64,000 nt of DNA from an uncultured Gammaproteobacteria bacterium (lineage in GTDB: Bacteria > Patescibacteriota > Patescibacteriia > UBA1558 > GWA2-36-10): the NCBI GenBank assembly GCA_964515785.1, contig CAZEWH010000004.1, positions 3,105 through 67,104 of the forward strand, in the 5' to 3' direction. The notes under the pieces are model-generated. The model did not search any database. It worked only from the letters and a program-made list of their open reading frames with translations, and had not been told where the DNA came from. The position numbers and the translations under genes are program-made. Positions 39,707 through 50,167 of the stretch are shown here, piece after piece (the first letter of the stretch is position 1; every line of letters starts with the position of its first letter).

Positions 39707-40324
39707 TTATTTTTTCTTTAAGCCTACTTCGCGAGCTACTTGATCAAAATCGATAAACTCAGCATTTACACAAACTATTTTGGAACCTGGCAGTTTGTCA
39801 CAGAGATCTGGACTCCTAAAATATAATTTATGATAATCATTTACTTCCATATAACTTTTAGCTTTATCTTTTTCAAAATCTCTACCTCGCTTTGCCAATC
39901 TTTCTTTTATAATCTCATCACGAGCATACATAAAGACTACAATATCAGGTAGTTTTAAAGTTTTTAGACAACCCTCCATTAAATCTTTTACTAATTGTTG
40001 TTCATTTTTATCTTGCAAGATACTATCTACTACATAAAATAAATTAGACAACCAAAAAGTGTCTAATACAACATTATGACCATTTTTTCTATCTTGCAAA
40101 GATTCTAAGTACTGCTGAATAGTCAAATTATGAAAATATAGAACAGTTTGTAATCTATTTTTATTATTTTTTATATTATCTTTCAAAAACTCAGGAAAAG
40201 TATTAGTTTCACCTTCGTGAAATGTCTTTACTTTATAATATTCTGCCAGATAACGAGTAAAAGTGCTCTTACCACAGGCAGGAGCACCGACAATAGCAAT
40301 TATTTTACCTGATTTTCCAATCAT
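39707..40324 (-). CDS. deoxynucleoside kinase family protein
   Basis: GAPACGKST, RLAKRGRDFE. Confidence 0.85.
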   Translation of the reverse strand: MIGKSGKIIAIVGAPACGKSTFTRYLAEYYKVKTFHEGETNTFPEFLKDNIKNNKNRLQTVLYFHNLTIQQYLESLQDRKNGHNVVLDTFWLSNLFYVVDSILQDKNEQQLVKDLMEGCLKTLKLPDIVVFMYARDEIIKERLAKRGRDFEKDKAKSYMEVNDYHKLYFRSPDLCDKLPGSKIVCVNAEFIDFDQVAREVGLKKK

Positions 40325-40845
40325 GATTTTTCTTGTTTGGTGATAATTTCAGATGGAGTATATTGGCGCTTGGCTAATTCTTTGTCTACCATAAAAAGCC
40401 CTGGAGCTGCTTTACCAGCTATTTTAATTTTTTCTAGAATATCCAAAACTGATTGCTCTTCTTCTACTTGTTCGTCAATATACCATTTGAGACAAGCTAC
40501 CAAGTCATAATCTTTTTCTTGATTAGCTAATTCATAAAGCTTGTTGATTTTGATAGTGATTTCTTTTTCATGTTCTAAAGCACTAGTAAACATACCAAGA
40601 TGTCCATCAAAATCTGCAGGCGGCTTTGGTATAGCCTGCAATTCTATCCTACCATTGTGTTTAAGTAAAAAATTGAAAAAACCTTTGGCATGATCCATCT
40701 CTTCTTTGGCTTGTACATCAAACCAATTAGCTATACCAAATAATTTATTTTCTTCAGCAAAGGCAGACATAGACAAATATAAATAAGCAGAATAGATCTC
40801 TTCTTTTATCTGATTGTTTATAGCTGTCTCAATGGTTTTATTCAT
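40321..40845 (-). CDS. ftnA: ferritin
   Basis: EIYSAYLYLSM, EEMDHA, WYIDEQVEEE. Confidence 0.93.
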   Translation of the reverse strand: MNKTIETAINNQIKEEIYSAYLYLSMSAFAEENKLFGIANWFDVQAKEEMDHAKGFFNFLLKHNGRIELQAIPKPPADFDGHLGMFTSALEHEKEITIKINKLYELANQEKDYDLVACLKWYIDEQVEEEQSVLDILEKIKIAGKAAPGLFMVDKELAKRQYTPSEIITKQEKS

Positions 40846-40881
40846 AATTGTATCTTAATATAGTACTAATAATAGGTCAAA

Positions 40882-41271
40882 CTAAGGGACAAGTTCCTCC
40901 CAAGAACAATTACTAATATCGCTAGCACAACTATAATGAACTTTACGGACAGCCTTGGTTGTAGTAACTGTAGATTGAATATTGGCGTTTGGTCCAGCAT
41001 CAATAAATTGAGTTGATATAGTGCTACTATTTACTTCAATATCAGAAAATATAAAATTATTTGGTTCTTTACGTAGACGCATCAAAGCTTCTGTCACACC
41101 TGTCTCAGCTGAATAAAAATCTGTCAGAGAATGATCATAAGAATTTAAAACATGACGATTTTGTAAAGATATCAACATCACTGAACTAGAAATAGACAAA
41201 ATAGCTACAGCTATTACCAAAGTAGCTACTAAAGCCACAGCACCAGTTTGATTTTTAAAAAATATCTTCAT
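40882..41271 (-). CDS. PilX-like minor pilin
   Basis: GAVALVATLVI N-terminus, AETGVTEAL. Confidence 0.7.
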   Translation of the reverse strand: MKIFFKNQTGAVALVATLVIAVAILSISSSVMLISLQNRHVLNSYDHSLTDFYSAETGVTEALMRLRKEPNNFIFSDIEVNSSTISTQFIDAGPNANIQSTVTTTKAVRKVHYSCASDISNCSWEELVP

Positions 41272-41276
41272 AAAAA

Positions 41277-41813
41277 TTATCGAATGCTAATAAAAGTCTG
41301 GAAATCTTGTTCTATATAACCATATCTATCATTAGAATTACCTCTAGTTAAAGTAAAATCAACAATAGCTCCTTGATTAGTATCACCATTATTGTTATCT
41401 ATAGCTGTCAAAGTCAGAGCAGTTACTGAGACATCACTACTATTAAGTACTAAAGGATCAGCAGTAGATTGATCAGGAAAACCACCACCTTCATCGTGGG
41501 TTTCTTGATAAATCAAATTATTGTTATCAATAATCAAACTAAATCTAGTGTCTGGTAACTGATAAAAATATAACTGGGCTGGATCAGGATCAACAATATC
41601 AATCTGATCAACATTATGAATTTGATTAGTCAAAAAGTTGATCATGAAACGAGCATTTTGATAAACAGAATTTGAAGATTCAATATAACGCCTGGAAAAA
41701 AATACTGACATCACAAGACCAGAAATAGTAATCATTAAAACAGTTGTAATAAAAATATAAGCTATTACTTCTACTAGATTAAATCCTGATTGATTTTTGA
41801 TTATTTTTCTCAT
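41277..41813 (-). CDS. type IV pilin-like protein (PilW-like)
   Basis: GFNLVEVIAYI prepilin motif. Confidence 0.8.
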   Translation of the reverse strand: MRKIIKNQSGFNLVEVIAYIFITTVLMITISGLVMSVFFSRRYIESSNSVYQNARFMINFLTNQIHNVDQIDIVDPDPAQLYFYQLPDTRFSLIIDNNNLIYQETHDEGGGFPDQSTADPLVLNSSDVSVTALTLTAIDNNNGDTNQGAIVDFTLTRGNSNDRYGYIEQDFQTFISIR

Positions 41814-41815
41814 AA

Positions 41816-43714
41816 CTAAAAAGCAGAATAACTTATAACTATATTTTCCAAAACAGGTACTTGTAATTCACTATCGGTACCCATAAATAATTTATAACGA
41901 ATATATCGTTGATTAAGATGAGTATCATAATTTATCATTTCTGTTGAAGTAGCATCATAATAAGTCCCGCTACTGCCATCAGGCCCAACAAAATTCCAAG
42001 GTCCATTTATATTAGCACTAGTGGCCAATTGAAAACGGATATAAGTATCTTCCAATGACTCACCTTCCCAAGTAAGCCAATTGTATTGAACTTCATCACT
42101 ACCAGTATCAAAAGTTGATGACTCTAGAGTACCAGCTGGAGTATAACCACAGTCGGTCACTTCTGTAGAAATAATAAAAAACTCTGCTTCATTACTAGAG
42201 GTAGCTGCATAAATCATAGAACAATTAGCTGACATTCCTAAAACATAACCATTAAGATCAAAACCCATAATCTTGACAATATTATCTGGATCTGTAATTT
42301 CTATTACTACCAACTCTTCTTCCAAAAAATTGGTACCCAATAAAGCATAAGGACCAACAAGATGAAAAGAATGAATGCTCTCGCCTAATTCATAAGAACC
42401 TAATAATTCGAGACTGGTAGGATTTGTAAGATCAAACATATAAAACTCTGCTTGAGAGCCACTATTGTCTGTAGATATATAAACCCTAGTTCCTAAAGTC
42501 ATAATATACGAAGCATGCAATGAACCAGGCAAATTATAAAAACCAACTGCTTGTAAATTAATCGGATTATTAACATCAACTATCTGTAATTCTTTGTCAG
42601 CATTATAAGTAGATGTATATATATAATTTTCACTAAAAGATATTCTAGATATTATTGCATCTAAAACAATATCATCTAAGAGTTGAGGGGAAGTCGAACT
42701 AGAAATATCAAAAGAATACAATGTATCCCCTTGTGAAATATAAGCTTTGGTACTAGCTATATCAAGATCAGTAGCATTTTCATTGCTGGGCAAATCATAA
42801 GTAGCGACTACAACAGGATTGTAACTATCACTGACATCTACCACTTGTAATTCAGCGCTATTATCTTCTGTAGATAAATAAATATAATTATTGTCTTGGG
42901 CTTTTACAGAGGAAATAGAACTACCGATATTTATCGATGACAGCTCAACAGGATTGTAACTATCACTGACATCAAGAATATAAAGCTCTGGACCAGATGG
43001 ATTATTTTTGGTAACTAAATAAGCTATTTCGTTTATCTCTACAACATCATTGTCTTCAAAATTTCCTGGCGTATCAAACATGGCAGTAGTCGTAGCATAA
43101 CTCCAATCAATAAATCCAGAACGTAAAGTAACTATACCAGCTGTATCAATATCAACTCCTTCATCTTTAGTAAAAAACTTTGTTTCATCTGACCAATTAG
43201 CTTGACCGTCTCCACCAATCCAATCAGTCTGTGTCCAACGATCTGCTTGCCAACGATGTAAATAAGTTTCGACAACTTCCTGTTTGGTAATTTTGGCTCT
43301 ACTCTCCCAATCAATTGTCACAGTAACTTTTTTTGTATTAGGGTCTAAATAAGCTCCGCCTATATCACCATAAACATTATTGTTTTCTGAACTATCTCTA
43401 TAAACATCAGACACTGTCAATGTCCTAGTAAACACATTATCTAATAATTCACTACCAGTTTCTAAAGTCCAGAGATCATCAACTAATGATAAATGATGAT
43501 CTCCAGCAAGCAAATCAGACCAAGCCACCAATTTGGCAGCTTCTAAACCTTCCATAGCAAAAAACATAGCTTTAGTATGTTCTTCATTTAACTGATATAC
43601 TTTTTTATTATATGTTGTAAAGTTAACAGTTAATATAACAACTACACTAATAAAAGAAATTGCTACCAACAATTCTATCAAAGAAAAACCACTTTGTTTT
43701 TTACGATAAAACAT
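41816..43714 (-). CDS. pilin-like protein with LVIVD beta-propeller repeats
   Basis: GFSLIELLVAI; repeated ELYILDVSD / ELQVVDVSD. Confidence 0.8.
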   Translation of the reverse strand: MFYRKKQSGFSLIELLVAISFISVVVILTVNFTTYNKKVYQLNEEHTKAMFFAMEGLEAAKLVAWSDLLAGDHHLSLVDDLWTLETGSELLDNVFTRTLTVSDVYRDSSENNNVYGDIGGAYLDPNTKKVTVTIDWESRAKITKQEVVETYLHRWQADRWTQTDWIGGDGQANWSDETKFFTKDEGVDIDTAGIVTLRSGFIDWSYATTTAMFDTPGNFEDNDVVEINEIAYLVTKNNPSGPELYILDVSDSYNPVELSSINIGSSISSVKAQDNNYIYLSTEDNSAELQVVDVSDSYNPVVVATYDLPSNENATDLDIASTKAYISQGDTLYSFDISSSTSPQLLDDIVLDAIISRISFSENYIYTSTYNADKELQIVDVNNPINLQAVGFYNLPGSLHASYIMTLGTRVYISTDNSGSQAEFYMFDLTNPTSLELLGSYELGESIHSFHLVGPYALLGTNFLEEELVVIEITDPDNIVKIMGFDLNGYVLGMSANCSMIYAATSSNEAEFFIISTEVTDCGYTPAGTLESSTFDTGSDEVQYNWLTWEGESLEDTYIRFQLATSANINGPWNFVGPDGSSGTYYDATSTEMINYDTHLNQRYIRYKLFMGTDSELQVPVLENIVISYSAF

Positions 43715-43716
43715 AA

Positions 43717-44193
43717 TTAATCTATCACTCCTAATGATTTTATATCCATAGAAGTAAAAATACTTGGTTGGTTAGGAATAATAATAGAAATAGTACCAGT
43801 ATTGACTGTCTGGCCTGTAAATTTTGTAAAAATTAAATCAGAGCTATAACCACCCACACCATCACTCAAGCTAGTGTCTGGATTGAGGATATTTGTACCC
43901 TGCAAAAATCTAACTATATTATCAGGATCAGCTGGATTGTAAACACTACCATGAAAAAGAGTATATCTATCTGCTTCTAAATGTAATCCCCAGTCAGTAC
44001 TACTAGCTGCCGCAGTAGCTAATTGTTGAGCACGCAAAAGATAACTCCTCATTTCTTCTTTGTTATTTTTTAGTAAGACATCTTGTCGCCAATTACTATA
44101 AGCCATAGTACTCAGACCAAAGACAATGCCTAATAATGAAATAACTAAAATATATTCCAAAATACTAAAACCTTTTTTATTTAATATAATCAT
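43717..44193 (-). CDS. FimT/GspH-like minor pilin
   Basis: GFSILEYILVI prepilin motif. Confidence 0.75.
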   Translation of the reverse strand: MIILNKKGFSILEYILVISLLGIVFGLSTMAYSNWRQDVLLKNNKEEMRSYLLRAQQLATAAASSTDWGLHLEADRYTLFHGSVYNPADPDNIVRFLQGTNILNPDTSLSDGVGGYSSDLIFTKFTGQTVNTGTISIIIPNQPSIFTSMDIKSLGVID

Positions 44194-44198
44194 AAAAT

Positions 44199-45395
44199 TT
44201 ATTCAGCAAAACTCAGAGTTAATTCATACATTGGCGAAATAACGGATACTGCCAAAAAACCAACTGCTACTGCTACTATAATTAGTAAAAATGGCTCAAT
44301 GATAGCTGACATATTTGTCAAAACATTATTTACTCTTTCTTCATAATATTCAGATATTTTTTGCAAAATACTTTCTAATTCTCCTGTAGTTTCACCAACT
44401 TTTGCTAATTGAATGATAAATGTCGGAAAAATACTAGGACGCTTTTCCATAGCTTGACCAAGTGAAACACCTTTTTCTAATTCTCCAGCCATAGCCATAA
44501 TCTCTTTACGATATTTGGTATTTTTGATTGTCTTGGCTGTGATGTTCATTGATTTTACAATAGGCAAACCAGCTGATAACAAAGCAAACAGATTACCAGC
44601 AAAACGAACCAAGGTCAGCTCAATTACAAACTTACCAAAAACAGGAATTTTGAGCATCATTGTATGTAAAAATAGTTTTGGCTTTGGTAATTTAAAAATA
44701 TATTTAAATAAAATTATCAAAGCAATAAATCCACCTATAATATACCAAGTATAAGTTCGCAAAACATAGTTTATAGTATCAACTGCTCGCAAAACAAAAG
44801 GAAGCTGAACATTTGCTTCAGTAAACATAATTACCAAATTTGGAAAAACAAACAATGACAACATAATACTGACTCCTACCAAAGCCATCAAAACAATCAC
44901 AGGATAAATCATAGCCCCAATGACTTTGCTACGTAATCTTTTTTGTGCTTTCAGAATATCAGCTAAATGCCCTAAAGAATCTGATAACATACCTGTATTT
45001 TCACCTACTTCAACAGTAGCAATAATCATCTCTGAGAAAACTTTTGGGTATTTGGTCATACCTTTTGATAGGGTTTCGCCATTTTCTACTCTTTCATACA
45101 AATAATCCAAAACCCCATGGAGGTATTTATTTTTTATCTCACTTTTGAGAGTTTTTAAGGCTGGAGCCAATGACAAACCAGCTTTGAGCATAGTAGCTAA
45201 GTTGTCCATAAACAACATCTTGGCAGTCAAAGAAACAGAACCAATATTAATATTAAACTTCGATTTTTTTTGAAGCTTTTTTGATTGTTTGACTGTTTGT
45301 TTTTTAATCAAAGACCCAACTGGCTTGGCTAATTCAGCTGCTTTGGCTTCTTCAGTATCGTCAATAATCTCATGATGTTTATCTAAATATTTCAT
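44199..45395 (-). CDS. pilC: type IV pilus / T2SS platform protein PilC/GspF
   Basis: LATMLKAGL, VGENTG, VGETTGEL, IIEP. Confidence 0.92.
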   Translation of the reverse strand: MKYLDKHHEIIDDTEEAKAAELAKPVGSLIKKQTVKQSKKLQKKSKFNINIGSVSLTAKMLFMDNLATMLKAGLSLAPALKTLKSEIKNKYLHGVLDYLYERVENGETLSKGMTKYPKVFSEMIIATVEVGENTGMLSDSLGHLADILKAQKRLRSKVIGAMIYPVIVLMALVGVSIMLSLFVFPNLVIMFTEANVQLPFVLRAVDTINYVLRTYTWYIIGGFIALIILFKYIFKLPKPKLFLHTMMLKIPVFGKFVIELTLVRFAGNLFALLSAGLPIVKSMNITAKTIKNTKYRKEIMAMAGELEKGVSLGQAMEKRPSIFPTFIIQLAKVGETTGELESILQKISEYYEERVNNVLTNMSAIIEPFLLIIVAVAVGFLAVSVISPMYELTLSFAE

Positions 45396-45397
45396 AT

Positions 45398-47124
45398 TTA
45401 TTCTCGTTTTATACGTAAAACTTCTTCAATAGTAGTAATACCAAGCAAAGCTTTTTGCAGACCGTCCTCAAAAATAGTAATCATACCATTTTCTTTAGCT
45501 ACTTTTTCAATATCACCAGAGGAAGCATTACGAATAATAGCCTGCTGGATAGCATCGGTATTTTCCAAAACCTCTAATACACCTATCCGTTTGTCATAAC
45601 CAGAATCATGACAAATTTCACAACCCTTACCCTTATAAAAAGTTAATTCTTTAAAAGATTTATACTTATTTTCTACTATTTTCAAATCTTTAAAGCGTTG
45701 CAGCATATCTTCTAGATGAAATTCTTTACTCAAAGCTTTGAGTTCTTGATCTGACAAATTATAGCTTTCAATACAATTTAGACAGATTCTACGCACTAGA
45801 CGTTGAGCAATTACTACATTGAGTGTTGAGGCTAATAAAAAAGGTTCGACATTCATGTCCAATAAACGAGGTGGAGCACCAGAAGCATTGTTGGTATGTA
45901 GGGTAGATAGTACCAAATGTCCAGTCAAACCAGCTCTGACGGAGATTTGAGCGGTTTCTTTGTCACGAATTTCACCAATCATAATAATATCAGGATCTTG
46001 TCTAAGTAGGGCACGTAGGCCAGAAGCAAAAGTATAGCCAGCCTTAGGATTTATCTGAGTTTGATTTATTCTATTGATACCATATTCAATTGGATCTTCA
46101 ATAGTACAAATATTAACATCCTCGGTATTTAAAATATTGAGCACAGTATAAAGTGTGGTAGTTTTACCAGAACCAGTTGGACCAACTACCAAAATAACAC
46201 CAAAAGGACGTTTGACTTGAGCATTCATTATTTTCATATGGCTTCAGAAAATCCCAAATCTTCTAAAGTCAAATTTTGTGCTTGACCAGTCATCAAACGC
46301 ATAACTACTTTTTCACCATAAAAAGCCGGAATAACCGAGACACGAACTGACTCTTCCTCGTCTTCTATTTTGAAAGAAAATCTACCATCTTGCGGTACTC
46401 GATGCTCATCTATACGAAGATTGGCCAAAATTTTTATACGAGCAACCACTGCATCATGAACAGTAGAAGGTAATTCTACTTTGTCATGCAATTCACCATC
46501 TATCCTAAAACGGACAACAACTGCATCTGGTAAAGCTTCAATATGAATATCTGAAGTTTGTTCAAAAATAGCATACTCCAAAATAGCATCAATAATTTTT
46601 ATGATAGAAACTTCTACTTTCTTTGGTTTGCCTTTATCTTTGAGTATTTTGGTATCTAGTATTTTTGCTAATTCTTCTTTAATATTTTTTTCATAAAGCC
46701 GAGCCGCAAAACGAAAGTTTTTTTCATTGGTCATAAAAATTTCCACATTGCGATCAGTGGCCTTTTTTACCATATCAATAACTTTTTGATAACGTGGCCT
46801 AACAAAAGCCACTTTAAGGGTATTACCCTCTAAAACAAAAGGAACTGCCTTAGCCTTATAAACTATATCATGTGGTAGTTCATTCAATACCTCATCATCC
46901 AAACGTCGTTTACGTAAATTTACATAGGGAATCTTGATATAATCTCCTATCAATTCATATAAATATTGCAAATTAAAAAAACCACGTTCAACCAAAATTT
47001 CAGACACATTTCGTCTACGTCGTTTGGCATTGCGAGCTGCTGCTGACCAATCCTCCTCTTTGATAACTTTTGCTTTGAGTAGGAGTTTTTTTAATTCATC
47101 TTGTGAAACTGGAATTGATGCCAT
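45398..47124 (-). pseudogene. pilB: PilB/GspE ATPase split into two ORFs (46234-47124 and 45398-46237) by a 1-nt frameshift
   Basis: N-half has SDIHIE, RFRIDG, PQDGRF and ends LEDLGFSEAI*; C-half has GPTGSGKTTTL, EDPIEY, LRQDPD; ATGA overlap. Confidence 0.85.
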
Positions 47125-47188
47125 AGTAAAAAATTATAACTTAATTATACCATTTTTAAAACAAAAATAAAAATGCTATAATGTATAT

Positions 47189-47755
47189 ATGAATTTACCA
47201 AATCAACTTACAATCTTGAGAATTATTTTGGCTTTAGTCTGTGTCTATCTAATTTTGCTAAATACTTTAAATAGCTTGATAGCTGCTTTAATAATCTTTG
47301 GAATAGCTGCTCTGACAGATTATTTTGATGGTCAGATTGCTCGCCGCCATAATCTAATTACCAATTTGGGGAAATTACTTGACCCTATTGCTGACAAAAT
47401 TTTGATTATCGGAATTTTTCTAGCTTTTTTAGAACTAAATCTAGTAAATCTTTGGATAGTTATGATCATTATTTTGCGAGAATTCATTATTACTGGTTTG
47501 CGACTGATTGCTCTAAAACAAAAAAAAGTGTTAGCCGCTGAAGCTCATGGTAAACATAAAATGATTTCTCAAATTGTAGCTATAATAGTTATCTTAATTA
47601 TTACTATTTTATTTAAATTCTTTAGTCATCATATTATTGTCAGCTGGCTATATCATGATGTTATAGATTTATTGATGTGGTATGTTTTATTAATTACAAT
47701 TTTTTCAGGAGGGTATTATCTATGGAAAAACAAACAGGTCATAAAAAACTTATAA
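47189..47755 (+). CDS. pgsA: CDP-diacylglycerol--glycerol-3-phosphate 3-phosphatidyltransferase
   Basis: NLPNQLTILR, TDYFDGQIAR...GKLLDPIADK. Confidence 0.92.
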   Translation: MNLPNQLTILRIILALVCVYLILLNTLNSLIAALIIFGIAALTDYFDGQIARRHNLITNLGKLLDPIADKILIIGIFLAFLELNLVNLWIVMIIILREFIITGLRLIALKQKKVLAAEAHGKHKMISQIVAIIVILIITILFKFFSHHIIVSWLYHDVIDLLMWYVLLITIFSGGYYLWKNKQVIKNL

Positions 47756-48186
47756 AAATCATTGCTACTGGCCTAGGTATTGGTTATATACCATTTATGC
47801 CAGGTACTATGACTAGCCTAGCGGTCGTGCTAGTCTATTGGTTTTGGAATCCACAAGGCAATACTTGGACAATTTTTACTCTAGCAACTATCATAGTTGC
47901 TATGATGGTTGCTCATTCTGCTGAAGAATATTTTAATAAAAAAGATGATCAAAAAATAACCATAGATGAAATTGCCGGTATGTCGATCGCTTTATCTCTT
48001 GTACCTCATAATATATTATTAATTTTATTAGCTTTTATTTTATTTAGAATCTTTGATATATCAAAGATCTTGTTTATTAGAAAAATAGAAAAACAACCAG
48101 GTGCTTGGGGATTAGTTGGAGATGATGTCTTAGCTGGTATTTATACACATATTATTATGTATTTTATTATATATTTTATTGTTTAA
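47722..48186 (+). CDS. pgpA: phosphatidylglycerophosphatase A
   Basis: PGT, ITIDEIAG, FRIFDI, GDDVLAG; SD AGGAGG. Confidence 0.9.
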   Translation: MEKQTGHKKLIKIIATGLGIGYIPFMPGTMTSLAVVLVYWFWNPQGNTWTIFTLATIIVAMMVAHSAEEYFNKKDDQKITIDEIAGMSIALSLVPHNILLILLAFILFRIFDISKILFIRKIEKQPGAWGLVGDDVLAGIYTHIIMYFIIYFIV

Positions 48187-48204
48187 TAATTATTAAAATA
48201 ACCA

Positions 48205-48915
48205 ATGAAAAAAGAAATAAAAACACCTTTACTCAATATCTATGTAGAAACTCCCTACGCTAAGAGTTTACCACCTATCAATGGTCCTTATACTAGGATT
48301 TATTTGATTCGACATTGTCATCCTGATTATCGTATCAAAGAAATTGTTGGTGATCATGACATGCCTTTATCAAAGCTAGGCCTCAAACAACGTAAATTTT
48401 TGAATAAAAAACTAGAACAAATCCAACTAGAAAAATTATACTCTAGTGAACTCAAAAGAGCCCACGAAACTGCTGAACATTTTGCCAAAAAAAATAAGAA
48501 AAAAATATTTGTTGACAAACGACTCAATGAAATTGATTGGATTGATTGGTATAAAATAAAATATTTTAATATGTCTGAAAAAACTCGCGTCAAACGAGTG
48601 ACCAAATACAAGGAAATGGATAAACGTTTGCATAAAATCCATGGCAATGCTCGACGAGTTATTGCAGACATCTATAAAAATAATAAAGGCAAACAAGTTG
48701 GTGTCTTTTGCCACGGTAATATGATAAGATCTATGATTACTGGAATCTTAAACACTGATGTAATCGGATTTTTGTCTATGGAAATCTATCAATCTTCTGT
48801 CACTAAACTAGTAATAGACCGTGATGGCTATATCAAAATAAATTATATAAATAATATCTGTCACCTTCCTCACAAACCAAAAGAAGATATATTCTTGGCA
48901 GCTATCAATCAATAA
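48205..48915 (+). CDS. histidine phosphatase family protein
   Basis: YLIRHC, SSELKRAHET, FCHG. Confidence 0.85.
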   Translation: MKKEIKTPLLNIYVETPYAKSLPPINGPYTRIYLIRHCHPDYRIKEIVGDHDMPLSKLGLKQRKFLNKKLEQIQLEKLYSSELKRAHETAEHFAKKNKKKIFVDKRLNEIDWIDWYKIKYFNMSEKTRVKRVTKYKEMDKRLHKIHGNARRVIADIYKNNKGKQVGVFCHGNMIRSMITGILNTDVIGFLSMEIYQSSVTKLVIDRDGYIKINYINNICHLPHKPKEDIFLAAINQ

Positions 48916-48975
48916 AAATTTATAAACAAAAAATCCCCCGCCAGAGGCAGGGGATTTTTTGTCTAGATATATATT

Positions 48976-49398
48976 TTATTCATTAAACGGACAACCTTCT
49001 ACTCCTTTATGGTAACCTTTATGAAAACCATGTTTAAAAGTTCCTTTTTGTCCATGCATTCGTTTATGCATACCTTGCAAACCAAGCTCTTCTCTTAAAG
49101 CTTTGGCTTTTTCAAACTGACCATCTTGTATTAGATTATGTACTTCAGCAAATTGATCAAAATTTTCTGCTGTAATAAATCTAGTCACTCCTCTATCACC
49201 CATCAACTCTAACCAAGCATCATAGTCATTATTATTAAAAGCTTCTTGCATGGCTTCATGCCTAATAGGATCAAAATTTTCTGCACGGCCTTGTGACCAA
49301 TCAGGTTTTTCACCAGCTGATACTAGTGAAGAAACAGTCAGAGTTGTAAATAACAAGCCAAATAGACCAACCATTAGATAAAACTTATTTTTTTTCAT
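48976..49398 (-). CDS. hypothetical secreted protein with His/Gly-rich tail
   Basis: Signal peptide; downstream of an ECF operon. Confidence 0.7.
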   Translation of the reverse strand: MKKNKFYLMVGLFGLLFTTLTVSSLVSAGEKPDWSQGRAENFDPIRHEAMQEAFNNNDYDAWLELMGDRGVTRFITAENFDQFAEVHNLIQDGQFEKAKALREELGLQGMHKRMHGQKGTFKHGFHKGYHKGVEGCPFNE

Positions 49399-49440
49399 AT
49401 TTTATTTATGTTAGTTAATTAATTAAGTCGCCGACCTCTA

Positions 49441-50163
49441 TTAATTAGTACGCATATGAAAGTTTTTTCTTTCATTGTGATGATTATTAAACCAAGGCAA
49501 AATATCAGTAGCTTGAAACTGATTGTCAGATATTTGCTCTCCAAGTAGTCTAACCCTCATGCCTAACTCTAAATCAATATATGCATCATCCAGCAAAACA
49601 ATTTTCCATACCTGATCATAACAACATTGAATCTGTATAGTATTGTCTTTTATATCTATAATATGACCAGCTAATCTACCAGCTTGTGGGTCTATAAACA
49701 TCTTGCCTCGTTGGTCTGTTATCTGACGATAAGCTGGTATTTTTTTATAAAAAGAATCTTCAATTTTTTCTGCCCCACGAGTAACATAAATACCAACACC
49801 CAATATAAAACTAACTAAGATACTAATAATAATAATTAGATAAGAATTATAACGATAACCTCGTTTGGTATGTTTGGCATTATAAAATGCTATTAACAAA
49901 AATATTACTAAAATAACAATCCAAAAGTATGGGATTTTCAACATCAAATCTTTGAGAGGATGGGCAGCTAGTGCTGTAGCCGATGGATCATGTCGTAATA
50001 AAAAAATAATCACAGAACTAGCCAAACTACCAACCAAAATAGATAAAACAAAGACTGTCCAAATAGCAGAATTTTTTAGCAAAAATTCCCAACGAGGTTT
50101 TGGTTTAATGTGTTTATTTTTGATTGTCTCCAATACTTTTTGACTCAAATTTTTGTCTGTCAT
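49441..50163 (-). CDS. putative anti-sigma membrane protein
   Basis: 3 TM helices, directly after ECF sigma. Confidence 0.6.
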   Translation of the reverse strand: MTDKNLSQKVLETIKNKHIKPKPRWEFLLKNSAIWTVFVLSILVGSLASSVIIFLLRHDPSATALAAHPLKDLMLKIPYFWIVILVIFLLIAFYNAKHTKRGYRYNSYLIIIISILVSFILGVGIYVTRGAEKIEDSFYKKIPAYRQITDQRGKMFIDPQAGRLAGHIIDIKDNTIQIQCCYDQVWKIVLLDDAYIDLELGMRVRLLGEQISDNQFQATDILPWFNNHHNERKNFHMRTN

Positions 50164-50167
50164 ATAT

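Noticed and set aside
42811-42973. 28-bp perfect direct repeat as CRISPR or DGR template/variable repeat
   Set aside because: Only two in-frame copies, encoding DVSDSYNPV in LVIVD repeats; no spacers, A-specific mismatches or reverse transcriptase.
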